Assembly: GCA_050916045.1 (NCBI GenBank)
Contig: CP051526.1
Span: forward strand, 2,368,001-2,432,000
Source of the DNA: Tepidisphaera sp.
Lineage (GTDB): Bacteria > Planctomycetota > Phycisphaerae > Phycisphaerales > UBA1924
Direction: 5' to 3'
DNA length: 64,000 nt
Shown here: one piece after another, positions 1 through 13,081 of the stretch
Position numbering within the stretch: position 1 is the first letter of the stretch
Layout of the letters: every line of letters begins with the position of its first letter
Made by a program: the position numbers and the translations under genes
The notes under the pieces: model-generated
Databases searched by the model: none
Seen by the model: the letters and a program-made list of their open reading frames with translations, nothing else
Told to the model about the DNA's origin: nothing

Positions 1-541
1 CTTTGCCCAAGGGCCGGTGGGACTGATGGCCACCGTCGGCGCTCGTCTGCGCGGCGCGGGGCTCGTCATCGGCGTCGAGTCCATGCCCAACCGCATCGCC
101 CTGGCGAAGCAGTACGGCTGCGACGTGGTGGTGGACTACTCGAAGGAAGACCCCGTCGAAGCGATCATGAAACTCACCGGGGGCAAGGGCGTGGACAGCG
201 CCATCGAGGCCCTCGGCTCCGCCCGAACCTTCGCGGCGTGCGTGAGCGCGACGCGTCCGGGGGGCACGATTTCCAACATTGGCTACCTCGGCGACGGCGA
301 GACGGTGCCGATCCCGCGGCTGGGCTGGGGCGTGGGCATGAGCGACAAGACCATCCGCACCGCGCTCTGCCCGGGTGGGAGCGAGCGCATGGGCCGCCTG
401 CTGCGCCTGATCGAGTCCGGCCGCGTGGACCCGCTCGCACTGACCACGCACCGCTTCCCGTTCACCGACATCGAGAAAGCGTTCACGATGATGCAGACCA
501 AGCAGGACGGAATGGTCAAGCCGCTCATCACGTTTGGATGA
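1..541 (+). CDS. Zinc-dependent (MDR) alcohol dehydrogenase, 5'-partial at window edge
   Basis: Frame open from base 2 (FAQGPVGLMA, Rossmann motif); GVDSAIEALG, CPGGSERM, THRFPF..KP resemble NADP-dependent secondary ADHs. Confidence 0.85.
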   Translation, partial: FAQGPVGLMATVGARLRGAGLVIGVESMPNRIALAKQYGCDVVVDYSKEDPVEAIMKLTGGKGVDSAIEALGSARTFAACVSATRPGGTISNIGYLGDGETVPIPRLGWGVGMSDKTIRTALCPGGSERMGRLLRLIESGRVDPLALTTHRFPFTDIEKAFTMMQTKQDGMVKPLITFG

Positions 542-577
542 CCTAACCCCGGAGTCGATCTCGCTGGAGTCTCCGAC

Positions 578-3163
<2,586 letters not shown>

Positions 3164-3242
3164 ACACGTTCGATAGCGGATTATTCCGCGATTCTGTCGC
3201 CAGCCGATGACCGCTACAATTTATTCTAAATAGGAGCCACTG

Positions 3243-4235
3243 ATGCCCGAGAGTCAAGCCGCCCCCGCCGTCGCACACACACGCCCCTACGCATCCGTTG
3301 TCGTCGGGACCGACTTCACGCCCTGTTCCGCAGTGGCCGTCGGCCAGGCCCTCCGCATCGCGGCGTGGTCCGGTCTGCCACTTCATGTCGTCCACGTCAT
3401 CGACACCACCGTCGTGATCGAGATTGAGTCGGTTCTCTCGCCCTTGCAGGAGGGAATCCGCGACGGTCTCACGAAGGACGCCGAAAAGGCGTGGGTGGAA
3501 TTCGCAGCGAAGATCCCCGGTGCGACGGGTCTGCCTCTGGACGTATCGATCAACAACCGCATCGTCGGTATCCTGAACCATGCGCGCAAGCACAAAGCCG
3601 ACCTCATGGTCATGGGGGCATTTGGCGACCGCCGCCCAGACGTGGGCTTCGGAACCGTTGCCACCGCTTGCGTCCGCAAGAGCATGACCGATGTCCTCCT
3701 CGTGCGCGACACCCAGCCCGGCCCCTTCAAACGCGTGGTCGTGGCGGTGGACTTCTCAGAGACTTCGGCACGGGCGTTGGCGCGTGCCGCGCTTTTCGCC
3801 GCTCGGGACGGCGCGGAACTTCACGTTCTTCACGTCTTCGCCGCCCCGTGGCATCAGCTCCATTACCGGGCTCAGACGCCGCTCGGCGAGCCCTTTCAGC
3901 AAAAACAATACCGCGACGCGATTGAACGGCGGCTGGGTAACTTTCTGGGCCCCGTCGCCGAGGCCCACAAAGACCTGCGGGTTCGGCCCGTCTGCTACGA
4001 CTATGACGGGCACCGCTCGGGGATCGTCGAGTATGCCAAGAGCGTGTCCGCCGACCTTGTCGCGCTCGGCACGCGCGGCCGAACGAACCTCCGCGACATC
4101 CTTCTTGGCAGCACTGCGGAGAAGACGCTGGAGGAATCGCCGTGCTCCGTGCTCGCCGTCAAGCCCGAGGGGTTCCACCACCCGCTCGCCGCGGGCGAGG
4201 AGCCGCGCCTCTATAGCCTGCGGCCGCAGGTCTGA
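3243..4235 (+). CDS. Universal stress protein, tandem USP domains
   Basis: Two VVxxDFS starts; GTRGR..LLGSTAEK..PCSVLAVK; AGGAG RBS upstream. Confidence 0.9.
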   Translation: MPESQAAPAVAHTRPYASVVVGTDFTPCSAVAVGQALRIAAWSGLPLHVVHVIDTTVVIEIESVLSPLQEGIRDGLTKDAEKAWVEFAAKIPGATGLPLDVSINNRIVGILNHARKHKADLMVMGAFGDRRPDVGFGTVATACVRKSMTDVLLVRDTQPGPFKRVVVAVDFSETSARALARAALFAARDGAELHVLHVFAAPWHQLHYRAQTPLGEPFQQKQYRDAIERRLGNFLGPVAEAHKDLRVRPVCYDYDGHRSGIVEYAKSVSADLVALGTRGRTNLRDILLGSTAEKTLEESPCSVLAVKPEGFHHPLAAGEEPRLYSLRPQV

Positions 4236-4260
4236 TCGGCCACTCTTCTGAGGGAGCCCC

Positions 4261-5178
4261 GTGGACCGCCTCACGACCATCCTCGCCGCCGTCGACTTCT
4301 CCCTGTGTTCCTCGGATGCATTCCGCCAGGCCGCCCGTATGGCGGCGTGGCAGGGGGCGGAGCTCCAGGCGCTTCATGTGGTCAACGTGCCTGCGTATCG
4401 GCCCGTGCCGCACCCGTTCATCCCCTTCGACCTGCCAACGCAAGAGCAGTTGGTCCACGAAGCTCACCGGCTCTGGGAGGAGTTTGCTCCAGGCTGCGAG
4501 GGGAAGACCGCGACCCGCTTTGACGTCGCAGTCGGCAGCCCGCGAGGCGAAATCCTCAGGGCCGTCGAGTCCACGAAGCCAGACCTGCTCGTCATGGGTA
4601 CCACCAGCGTGCTCGATCGAAAGCGCGGGATTGGCACGATCGCCGCCGCGTGCGTTCGGCGAGCCGAGACGAGAGTGCTTCTTGTACGCGAAGAACAGAG
4701 CGGTCCGTTCACAAATGTGGCGGCGTTTGTGGATTTCTCCGAGACATCACGAGACGCACTCGCGCAAGCTGTCCGCATCGCGGCGCAGGACGGTGCCACG
4801 CTCCACATCGTTCACGTCTACGTCGATCCTTGGCAAGGCGTGCCGCGAGCGGGGATCATCACCGCGAACATGCCCGACTTTGACGCGAAGTTGAAGGAAT
4901 CGGTTGAACAGCGGCTGCGTGATTTCTGCGCCCCGCTGGCCCACGAGATGAACGCACTGAGGGCGCACCACCACGGCTTCCAGCATGAGGAGCACTGGGA
5001 GGGGTATGGGGGCGGAATCACCGGCTTCATCGGTCGGCATAGCATCGACCTCGCCGTGCTCGGTGTCCGTTCGACGTGGAACGCACGCGACTTCTTCATG
5101 GGCTCCACCGCCGAACGCGTCTGCCGCGACGCGGGATGCTCTATCCTGACCGTCCGTCCCGTCCCCGATTCGCAGTAG
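4261..5178 (+). CDS. Universal stress protein, tandem USP domains
   Basis: ILAAVDFS and VAAFVDFS; MGSTAERV..CSILTV. Confidence 0.9.
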   Translation: MDRLTTILAAVDFSLCSSDAFRQAARMAAWQGAELQALHVVNVPAYRPVPHPFIPFDLPTQEQLVHEAHRLWEEFAPGCEGKTATRFDVAVGSPRGEILRAVESTKPDLLVMGTTSVLDRKRGIGTIAAACVRRAETRVLLVREEQSGPFTNVAAFVDFSETSRDALAQAVRIAAQDGATLHIVHVYVDPWQGVPRAGIITANMPDFDAKLKESVEQRLRDFCAPLAHEMNALRAHHHGFQHEEHWEGYGGGITGFIGRHSIDLAVLGVRSTWNARDFFMGSTAERVCRDAGCSILTVRPVPDSQ

Positions 5179-5226
5179 GCCGCACACCCGCGATCGAGCG
5201 TGTATGCCCTGATGCCGGAGTGTCGC

Positions 5227-6240
5227 ATGAGAATCGTCGTCTACTCAGCCAAACCCTACGAAAGGCCATTCCTCAACACCGCCAACGCGGGCGCTTCGCA
5301 CGACCTCGTCTTCCTCGACGCGCGGCTCTGTGCGGCGACGACCGACCTGGCGCGAGGCTCGCCCGCGGTCTCGCTCTTCGTCGGCGACGACGCCTCCGCC
5401 CCGGTACTCCGCGCGCTTCATGCGGGCGGCACTCGACTCTTGGCCCTGCGGTCAGCGGGCTTCAACCACGTCGACGTCGCCGAGGCCGATCGCCTGGGCT
5501 TGACCATTGCGCGCGTTCCGGCCTATTCCCCGTACGCGGTGGCCGAGCACGCCGTCGGGCTCATGCTCACGCTCAACCGCAAGATTCACCGCGCTTATGC
5601 CCGCGTCCGCGAGCAGAACTTCGCGCTCGACGGCCTGATGGGCTTTGACATGCACGGCAAGACCGCCGGCGTGATCGGAACCGGCAAGATTGGCGAAGCC
5701 GCATGTGCCATCCTGCGAGGCTTCGGCTGCCGCGTGCTGGCGTTCGATCCGGTGAGGAACCCCGTGTGCGAGACGATGGGTGTCCAGTACGTCGCCCTCG
5801 CTGACCTCTACGCGGCGTCGGACATCATCACGCTCCACTGCCCCCTCACGCCGCAGACCAAGCACCTCGTCAGCGCCGCAGCGCTCGCGGCGATGAAGCC
5901 GGGCGTGATGCTCATCAACACCAGCCGCGGCGCGGTGGTCGACACGCGGGCGCTCATCGCGGCCCTCAAGAAGGGCCGCGTCGGCTCGGTGGGCCTGGAT
6001 GTCTACGAGGAGGAGGGCGATCTCTTCTTCAAGGACCTCTCCGCCCAGGTGATCCAGGACGATGTCTTCGTGCGGCTCTCGACGTTTCCCAACGTGGTCA
6101 TCACCGCGCACCAGGGCTTCTTCACGCGCGAGGCGTGCGAGGCGATCGCGCGGACGACGATTGATAACGCGACGGGCTTTGCAATCGGCGCGATCCACCC
6201 CGCCAACCTGGTCACGACCCAGCATCTCGCCACGAAGTAG
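5227..6240 (+). CDS. ldhA: D-lactate dehydrogenase (D-2-hydroxyacid dehydrogenase family)
   Basis: LRSAGFNHVD, RVPAYSP, GTGKIG, LINTSRG, LDVYEEE, HQGFFT; ATG at 5227 preferred. Confidence 0.92.
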   Translation: MRIVVYSAKPYERPFLNTANAGASHDLVFLDARLCAATTDLARGSPAVSLFVGDDASAPVLRALHAGGTRLLALRSAGFNHVDVAEADRLGLTIARVPAYSPYAVAEHAVGLMLTLNRKIHRAYARVREQNFALDGLMGFDMHGKTAGVIGTGKIGEAACAILRGFGCRVLAFDPVRNPVCETMGVQYVALADLYAASDIITLHCPLTPQTKHLVSAAALAAMKPGVMLINTSRGAVVDTRALIAALKKGRVGSVGLDVYEEEGDLFFKDLSAQVIQDDVFVRLSTFPNVVITAHQGFFTREACEAIARTTIDNATGFAIGAIHPANLVTTQHLATK

Positions 6241-6254
6241 TGTGGCTCCCACGC

Positions 6255-6545
6255 GGCCCACGCCACCACCATCGTCATCGTGACCACCGACGACGGCCCA
6301 TCTTCCGGCTCGTGAGTTGACACATCGGGCCATGGAGACGGCGGCTCTGCCGCCCTCGCCCGCCTCGAACTCGGCGCGGAAGCTCGGTTTGGTCGTCATG
6401 GTCAGGAACGTGAAGCTACTTGGACCACGGGCGGGGTCGGTCGGCGCGGGCGTGTCCGCAGTTGGGGGGCCACCAGTTTCACCCACACCTCGGCCCCGAG
6501 CACGCCCGCGGGCCGGGCGCGGCTCTTCAACGTGGACTCCTCGGG
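6255..6545 (-). pseudogene. Frameshifted remnant of an uncharacterised beta-sandwich-like C-terminal domain (copy 1 of 3)
   Basis: Three frames give EESTLKSRARPAGVLGAEVWVKL / PAPTDP..FTFLTMTTKPSFRAEFEAGEGGRAAV / GPSSVVTMTMVVA, aligning by eye with 8880-9191 and 58371-58562. Confidence 0.65.
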
Positions 6546-6647
6546 CTCACCTCTCGGCGCTGAAATGGAACGCTGTTGGTGCGTGAGCACTTCTGCCCGC
6601 GCGGGCCTTCGTTGCGAGAAGGTACGCGAGGGCGTGAAGCGTGCCCA

Positions 6648-7727
6648 CTACTTCTTGGCTTCAGATTGGACATGATCGAAGATCAAGGTGCGAACCTTGC
6701 CTTCGGTGCTCCACGCTCGAACTCGCGCGCCACCGGGCGGCTCAAAGTCGATCCGAGCTTCAATCGTCGAGCCGCCGCTCGATCGGTGTGCCCTCAGGTC
6801 GATGCGGAGTGAGCGTCCGTTATCTTCCGGCGTGATATCGCCCTCGTAGACAACCCCCTCGCCGTCGCCGCTGTTCGCAATTGCAAGGCAGCGCAGCACC
6901 CCCGCGCCGGTGTGGTGGTAGAGGTACAGGTCCATCGCGTGCGACGGAGCGCCGTCGGGATCGAGCGTCTGCACGCGGCCGTAGATCGCGTCGGCGTCCG
7001 GCACATACTCGAAGGTGGTACGCGTACGCAGCGTAGCGGCGGGCGAGCGGCCGACGACCCCGGGCACGGCCTTGCCCTCCCATGCGTGGCCGAGGAGCCG
7101 CTCGATGGGCTTGATGAACTCGGAGGGCTTCGCCGCGGCCGCCACAGTGCGCTCCGCGGCGAGTTCGTCCTCGGTGGCAGCCCCGACTCGGAAGCGTCGC
7201 CACTCGTTCTGGAGCGAAAAGCCCTCGGGAACCTTGTCCAGCAGTTCATCGTGGTACGCGTCGGGGCCTTCAAAGGTCCAGCGTCGGCCGAACACACGGT
7301 GGCCGATGGTCTGGTGCATATCGACGAGGCCGTTGGCTTTCTCGCCGTCAAATGTAAACGTGCCCTCGCTGACGCCGCGAGCGAAGGGGCTCACGCCGAA
7401 TGTGCGCACCTCTTTGCGGCCTGGGTGCCAGAAGTACACGGAAATGCCGTGCCACGGCTCGCCGCTGGAGGCTGTGCCTGCGGTCATCTTTCGGATCGAG
7501 TTCCGCTCCGGTCCCCAGTGCCAGGTGTCATGCATGACCGTGCCCGCCAGCGCGGTCATCCTCCAGCGGCCGCCGATGAGGCCAGAGAACGGCTCCATCC
7601 GGACCGAGGTCTTCGCGACTGGCTGCACGTTCGCGGGCACAATCACAGGCTTATTGTCCGGCGGGCTCGAACAGCCAGCAATCAGCACGAAGGGAAACAA
7701 GGCGTACCACGAATAGGTGCGATGCAT
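6648..7727 (-). CDS. Hypothetical lipoprotein
   Basis: ATG 7727 followed by hydrophobic stretch and LIAGC lipobox; two internally similar beta-rich halves. Confidence 0.65.
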   Translation of the reverse strand: MHRTYSWYALFPFVLIAGCSSPPDNKPVIVPANVQPVAKTSVRMEPFSGLIGGRWRMTALAGTVMHDTWHWGPERNSIRKMTAGTASSGEPWHGISVYFWHPGRKEVRTFGVSPFARGVSEGTFTFDGEKANGLVDMHQTIGHRVFGRRWTFEGPDAYHDELLDKVPEGFSLQNEWRRFRVGAATEDELAAERTVAAAAKPSEFIKPIERLLGHAWEGKAVPGVVGRSPAATLRTRTTFEYVPDADAIYGRVQTLDPDGAPSHAMDLYLYHHTGAGVLRCLAIANSGDGEGVVYEGDITPEDNGRSLRIDLRAHRSSGGSTIEARIDFEPPGGARVRAWSTEGKVRTLIFDHVQSEAKK

Positions 7728-7827
7728 GGCTGCTGTACGTCTGTGCCCCTCGATAGTTCGTCCTTGAACAGGATGCTCCATGGCCGACGCCATCTCGTTC
7801 CGCGCCCCGCGCGAGTACGATCCCGCG

Positions 7828-8883
7828 ATGAGAACTGCCTTGGCGATGCTGGCCGTGTGCGTGGTTGGGTGCGGGTGCGTGCCTGCAACTCCGGCTGCCC
7901 TGTCCACGCTCCGCGATGCCACGCCGCGTCTGGCGGCGGTTTCCGCGCAGGAACGCGCGATGATCGAAGCCAAGATCCGCGAGCACCTCAAACTTCCTGC
8001 GGACGCCGCGCTCGGCCCCGCCGAGTTCGCGCGGGTCACGGAACTCGATCTCAAGCGCACGGCCGTTTCTGATGCCGGGGCCGCATGGCTTGCGAACCCT
8101 GCCACGGGCCTGAGCTCGCTGACCACTCTCAACCTTCAACACACGGCCTTGACCGATGCCGGGTTGTCCGCGCTGGCTCGCGCGGACACCGGGCTCAAAT
8201 CCCTCACCGCACTGTACCTGGCTCACACCAAAGTCACTGACGCGGGCGTGCACACGCTCGCCCGCGTGGGCACGGGCCTGTCGGCGTTGACCCAGCTTGA
8301 TCTTCGCAGCACCGCCTTGACTGATGCGGGGGTGACCGCGCTCGCGCGGGCCGACACCGGGCCCAAAGGTTTGACCTCGGTTGACCTGAGTTTCACCAAG
8401 GTGACCGACGCGGGGATCAAACATCTGGCCGCGAAGGACACGGGCCTCAAGGGTCTCACCGTGCTCGGCCTCGCCAGCACGCAAGTGGCCGACGCGGGGC
8501 TCGCGCATCTTGCCCACAAGGACACGGGCCTCACGAGCCTGCGCACGCTGAACCTGGCCTTCTCGCAAGTGACCGACGCGGGAGCCAAAGCCGCGGCCCG
8601 CGCCGACTCGGGCCTCGCGCCGCTGCACGCGATCTTCTTTCACGGCACTGCGGTGACCGACGCCGGAGTCGCGGACCTCGCTCGCGCGGACACCGGCCTG
8701 AAATCCCTCAAGACGCTCGATCTTGGCACAACCGCCGTGACCGACGCGGGAATTCGCGTGCTCGCGCAGGCCGACTCGGGTCTGACATCACTGACCGCGC
8801 TCCACCTCCGCGAGACTAAGGTAACGGACGCGGGCATCGCTGCGGTCTTGGCCCGCTGGCCAGCGATCAAGATCGCCCGCTAA
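7828..8883 (+). CDS. Leucine-rich repeat protein, probably exported/lipoprotein
   Basis: About ten 28-aa repeats DTGLxxLTxLxLxxTxVTDAGxxxLA; N-terminal hydrophobic segment with VVGC. Confidence 0.88.
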   Translation: MRTALAMLAVCVVGCGCVPATPAALSTLRDATPRLAAVSAQERAMIEAKIREHLKLPADAALGPAEFARVTELDLKRTAVSDAGAAWLANPATGLSSLTTLNLQHTALTDAGLSALARADTGLKSLTALYLAHTKVTDAGVHTLARVGTGLSALTQLDLRSTALTDAGVTALARADTGPKGLTSVDLSFTKVTDAGIKHLAAKDTGLKGLTVLGLASTQVADAGLAHLAHKDTGLTSLRTLNLAFSQVTDAGAKAAARADSGLAPLHAIFFHGTAVTDAGVADLARADTGLKSLKTLDLGTTAVTDAGIRVLAQADSGLTSLTALHLRETKVTDAGIAAVLARWPAIKIAR

Positions 8884-9191
8884 GCAGCCACCGTCGCGTT
8901 GGCCGTTTCGCTCCACGGGCCGTGCGCGTTCCTTCGCGTGACCCGGTGCGCAGGATACTGGGCCCGCGTCCCGCCCTGCGCCGACTCGAACGAGAGCACC
9001 GTCGATTCACTGCTCACGCACCGCACATAGCGGTACGCGTTCGGATCGACGGGCGCCGGCGTGCCCGTGGGCGTGAGGGCCACGAAGACCTCGGCACGCT
9101 CGACCCCGCGCGGGCGAGCGCGCCTCGTGGGTGTCGATTCCTCCACCAGACGCAACTCGTGCGTGTACCGGGCGGCGTAGTCTGTCGACAT
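8880..9191 (-). pseudogene. 5'-truncated remnant of the same uncharacterised domain (copy 2 of 3)
   Basis: ESTPTRRARPRGVERAEVFV..PAPVDP..YRYV..LSFE..GG..GPWSETANATVAA*; starts directly after lactate permease stop. Confidence 0.65.
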
Positions 9192-9204
9192 CCCTGGCTC
9201 AGGC

Positions 9205-10878
9205 TTACACCGCCGTGAAGATCGCCGCCATCACCGCGGCGATGAGGGCGTAGACCAGCATCGGGCCGATCGTCAGACGAAGGATGGAGGCGACCTCGCC
9301 GACTCCTTCGCCGGAGCCGCGCTCTGCAGGCCGCGTCTCCGAGAGCCCCAGCACCGCGCCCACAGCCACGATGTTGTGGATGCAGACCATGTTGCCCATC
9401 GCCCCTGCCGCCGATTGCAGCGAGAGCAGCGTGATGCGGTCGAGGCCGAGAGTGCGCGCGATCGCGGCTTGGATCGGAGCGAAGGTGAGGTTCGAAACCG
9501 TGTTCGAGCCCGAGAAGAACGCGCCGACCGCTCCCAGCAGCGGCGCGAAGTAGGGCCACGATCGGCCGGTCGCATCGGCCGGCGCGAGGCCGATCTGGGT
9601 GACCGGGGACTGATCTCCCCCGGCAGTCATGACCTTGGCGAGGACCAGCGCCCCCGCGAGGGCGATCGCCGGGCGCCCGATTCGCCGGAACGTCTCCCCC
9701 CACGCCGAACGTGCGGCCGCTCGACGCATCCTGAGCACGGGAATCGCCGCCAGCGCGACGACCATGAACGGAAGGATGAAAGGCACGTAAAGCAGCGGCA
9801 TCCGCCAGTCGGCATCCGTGCCGAGGATGCCGCGGAGGCCGACGACCACCGCGGGGCTGATCCACGCTTGGCCCACACCCGGGATGGTCGCGCTCGCAGC
9901 CTCCGCATCGGAGTTGAGCAGGGCCTTGAGGCCCAGAGCGTCGATCCGAGTCACGGCGAGAAGGAGGACCGTGGCAGCGAGGGGCATGATCGCGCGGGAG
10001 AGAGACATGGGTTCCTGAGCGTGTGGCGACGTGGTCGCAGCGCCCGCCGCCGCGGGCATCGCGGATGGCTCGGTCGCCGAGGGCAGTCCGACTCGCCACC
10101 TCACGAGCACTGCGGCACCGATCAAGCCTGCGAGCCCGCCCATGATCGACGGCAACTCGATGTTGAATCGTGCGGCGAGCACGTATGGCCCGACGCTCGC
10201 CGCGAGCACGAGCAGCACAAAGCCAAGCCGCCGCCGGATCTGCGCCCACGGCGCGACCACGTGCAGCGCGAGGATGGCGATGAACGGGGCGGCCGCGGCA
10301 TGCACCAGCGCCGTCCGCCAGCCGATCTCACCGAGTTCTGCCGCCGCGATATCTACGCCGCCGAGTCCGAACCACGTCGGCATGCCCACCGCGCCGAACG
10401 ATACCGGCACGCTATTCATGATGAGACACATCGCCGCGACGCGAAGTGCGGGAAAGCCAAGGCCCACCAGAATCGGCGCGGCCAGCGCCGCGGGCGTTCC
10501 AAAGCCGCTCAGCCCTTCGATGAGGAACGAGAACGCCCATCCGACAAGCATGAGCTGGGCGATGGGGTCCGGACTGAGTTGGCGCAGCATTGCCGTCAGC
10601 ACGCCCATGGCCCCCGATTTTTCCATGGTCTTGAACAACAGCACCGCCCCAAAGACGATGGCAAGGGGCGTGAGCGATGAGAGTGCTCCGTCCGCGAGGG
10701 CGGCGTGGATGAGCCGCGGCGAGGTGTCCTTTGGTTGGACACACCTGAGCACATACGCCAGCGCAGCGACTGCAGGTAGCGCGGCGTGCGCCGGCAACGG
10801 AAGCCACCGCCGGGGCTAAGGAGAAGTCATGAGCGCCACAAGCATCGCGATGGGCAGAACGGCCAGCAGGAGTGTCAT
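9205..10878 (-). pseudogene. lctP: L-lactate permease (LctP family) with in-frame TAG at codon 21
   Basis: ATG 10878 MTLLLAVLPIAMLVALMTSP*PRRWLPLPAHAALP continues in frame; EGLSGFGTP, SFGAVG, FSGSNTVSNLTF, GNMVCIHN; stop at 10816-10818. Confidence 0.85.
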
Positions 10879-10911
10879 GAGCAGGAATCCCGCCGCGCCG
10901 ACGTCGGTCCA

Positions 10912-11280
10912 TCACGGCTGCGGTGTGTTTGGGAAGGGACGTCGATGCACGATCTCGACGGTGCAGTGCGCGTTCATCGCCACCGCCGCCGAAACGCTCC
11001 CAAGGAGGAATCGCTCCAGCCCCCGCACGCCCCGCGCGCCCACGAAGATGCAATCGGCACCCGCCCTTTCCTGCCCGCCACCCCCGCTGCCCGCACCATT
11101 GCCTTCGTTCAGCACACCGGCCGCCTCCCCACTCCAGTTCGCGGCCTCTTCCACCAATGCGTAGCTCGGATCGGCCAGACGCACGACGGATGACACCTTT
11201 ACGCCAGGGCAGGAACCAGAGATCACGCTCATCGCTCTGGCCGCCGTTCGTGCCGACCACGAGTCCAGCGGTCCCCCCCA
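10912..11280 (-). pseudogene. C-terminal fragment of a universal stress protein
   Basis: [37 protein letters not shown]; no USP N-terminus before the ATPase fragment. Confidence 0.75.
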
Positions 11281-11325
11281 CCGATCATGTCGCCGAACCA
11301 GATGCCGCCAGCTCCGAAGCCGGAG

Positions 11326-12054
11326 AAAGACGCCGCAGACATGGTGCTTGCTGACGATAACTTCGCCACCATCGAAGCGGCGGTCGAAGAAGGCCGCAAC
11401 GTCTTCAGCAACCTCACCAAGTTCATCGTCTGGACCCTTCCCACCAACGGCGGCGAGGCGTTTGTCATCCTCGCGGCCATCATGCTCGGCTGGCCCCTTC
11501 CGATCCTGCCCGTCCACGCCCTCTACATCAACATGATCGCGGCGATTCTGCTCGGCATGCCGCTGATCTTCGAGGCCAAGGAGCCGGGCGTGATGGCCCG
11601 CCCACCGCGCGATCCCAACCGCCCACTTCTGACCTTCGAACTCTTCATGCGCACCGGACTTGTCTCGCTGCTGCTATGCGCGGGTGCCATGAGCCTGTTC
11701 CACAGGGAACTGAACCGCGGCATGAGTGAGGCGACGGCCCGCACCGCGGCCGTCTCCGTGATCATCGTGGGCGAGATCTTCTACCTGTTCTCGAGCCGCG
11801 CTCTCCTTCGCCCCGCGTGGGCGGTGCCGCTCTTCTCGAACATGTGGCTTTGGGCGGGGATCGTCGCCATGCTCGCCGTGCAGTTCGCGTTCGCCCACAC
11901 ACCGATCGTCAATCGTCTCTTCCACACGGCTCCGCTCGACGCGAGCACGTGGACTCGCGTCCCGCTCGTCGGGGCCGGGGTTCTCGTTGTCGTCGAGTCC
12001 GAGAAAGCGATCCGCCGTGCGACCGCAAAGATCATGGTTGCAGACTCGGCATGA
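11326..12054 (+). pseudogene. C-terminal fragment of a cation-transporting P-type ATPase (type II)
   Basis: Starts at [24 protein letters not shown] then membrane helices; DKTGT and GDGVND motifs absent. Confidence 0.88.
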
Positions 12055-12376
12055 AGCGCTGAGGCTGATCCAGATCCCAAGGCTGGCTACGCCTCACCGT
12101 GGTGTTTCTGCGCCGAGCGACCCCGTCGATCGCCAGCGAGTATCGTCGCCGTCGCGTGCCGGAGCCGGTTTGTCGCCCGTTAACCAACCGTCTCTTGCGA
12201 GCACAGACCCGTGAGGGGTCAAGAGACCGCAATGGGTGCGCCGTGCCGCTGCCTCCCGTCTTGGCGGCGAAGGGCGGGAGCGGCGGACTCCCATTCGATC
12301 CCAGCCATCCTCTATCCAGCACCCCCCCGGGTCGAGAGACTCTGCGGCTTTCGTTAACTCCCGATACGATTCTGCC

Positions 12377-13081
12377 ATGTTCGCAGGTGCCGACCACGAC
12401 CCGGACGCACTCAGTCCTGAGGAGTTCCTGGATCATCTCAGGGCCGCGAGCCGTCGTTTGCTGCGGAGTGGTGCCATGCGCGATCTCCGATCCTCCTGCG
12501 ACATGTGGACGATCGACCCAAAACCTGTGGATCCAATCGAACCGCTGACGAATCGTGGTCGCCGCACCATCAAGTGGCCGTCGGACACTTGGGGATCGAT
12601 TTCGGCGGACTTGCTCGCTGCGACGCATCGCGCGGCGCAGAACCAGGCTTTGTCGTTGCCCGTCGCCCTGGCGGAGTACTCCGCCTTTGTGCATCTGGAA
12701 CTGGCCGCAAGGGAAGAGCCGCACTTGGGAGTGCGAACGGACGCGTTCATACTGCCGTTGAGCGTTGCCGCCAGAGAGCGGGCGAGTTCGATCGAGTTCC
12801 GCCGCTATGTGCTGGGATGGCACGCTCGGGCAGGAACCTTGCCGTGGAACGATCCCGGGATGGCGTTCGCCGCGTCGCTTGCGGTGTCGCTGGGCTCGAG
12901 TCACGACGCCGTGATCGGGGAGCGTGTGAGGGCTCTCCGGGAGCTTCTGGATCAGGATGCGCGAACGGCCCGCGAGCGTTATCGCGATCTTGTTCGTCCT
13001 GATGAGCGTGAGTTCTGGTGCCAAGTCGTCGCCGCCTCAGCACCGGACGCGAAAGCGTGGGCCGAGGGCTTCATGCGATAA
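12377..13081 (+). CDS. Hypothetical protein
   Basis: Open frame with protein-like composition, terminator downstream; no recognised motif. Confidence 0.45.
   Translation: MFAGADHDPDALSPEEFLDHLRAASRRLLRSGAMRDLRSSCDMWTIDPKPVDPIEPLTNRGRRTIKWPSDTWGSISADLLAATHRAAQNQALSLPVALAEYSAFVHLELAAREEPHLGVRTDAFILPLSVAARERASSIEFRRYVLGWHARAGTLPWNDPGMAFAASLAVSLGSSHDAVIGERVRALRELLDQDARTARERYRDLVRPDEREFWCQVVAASAPDAKAWAEGFMR

Noticed and set aside
10816..10818. Pyrrolysine or amber recoding
   Set aside because: No pyl genes in the window and TAG terminates other genes normally
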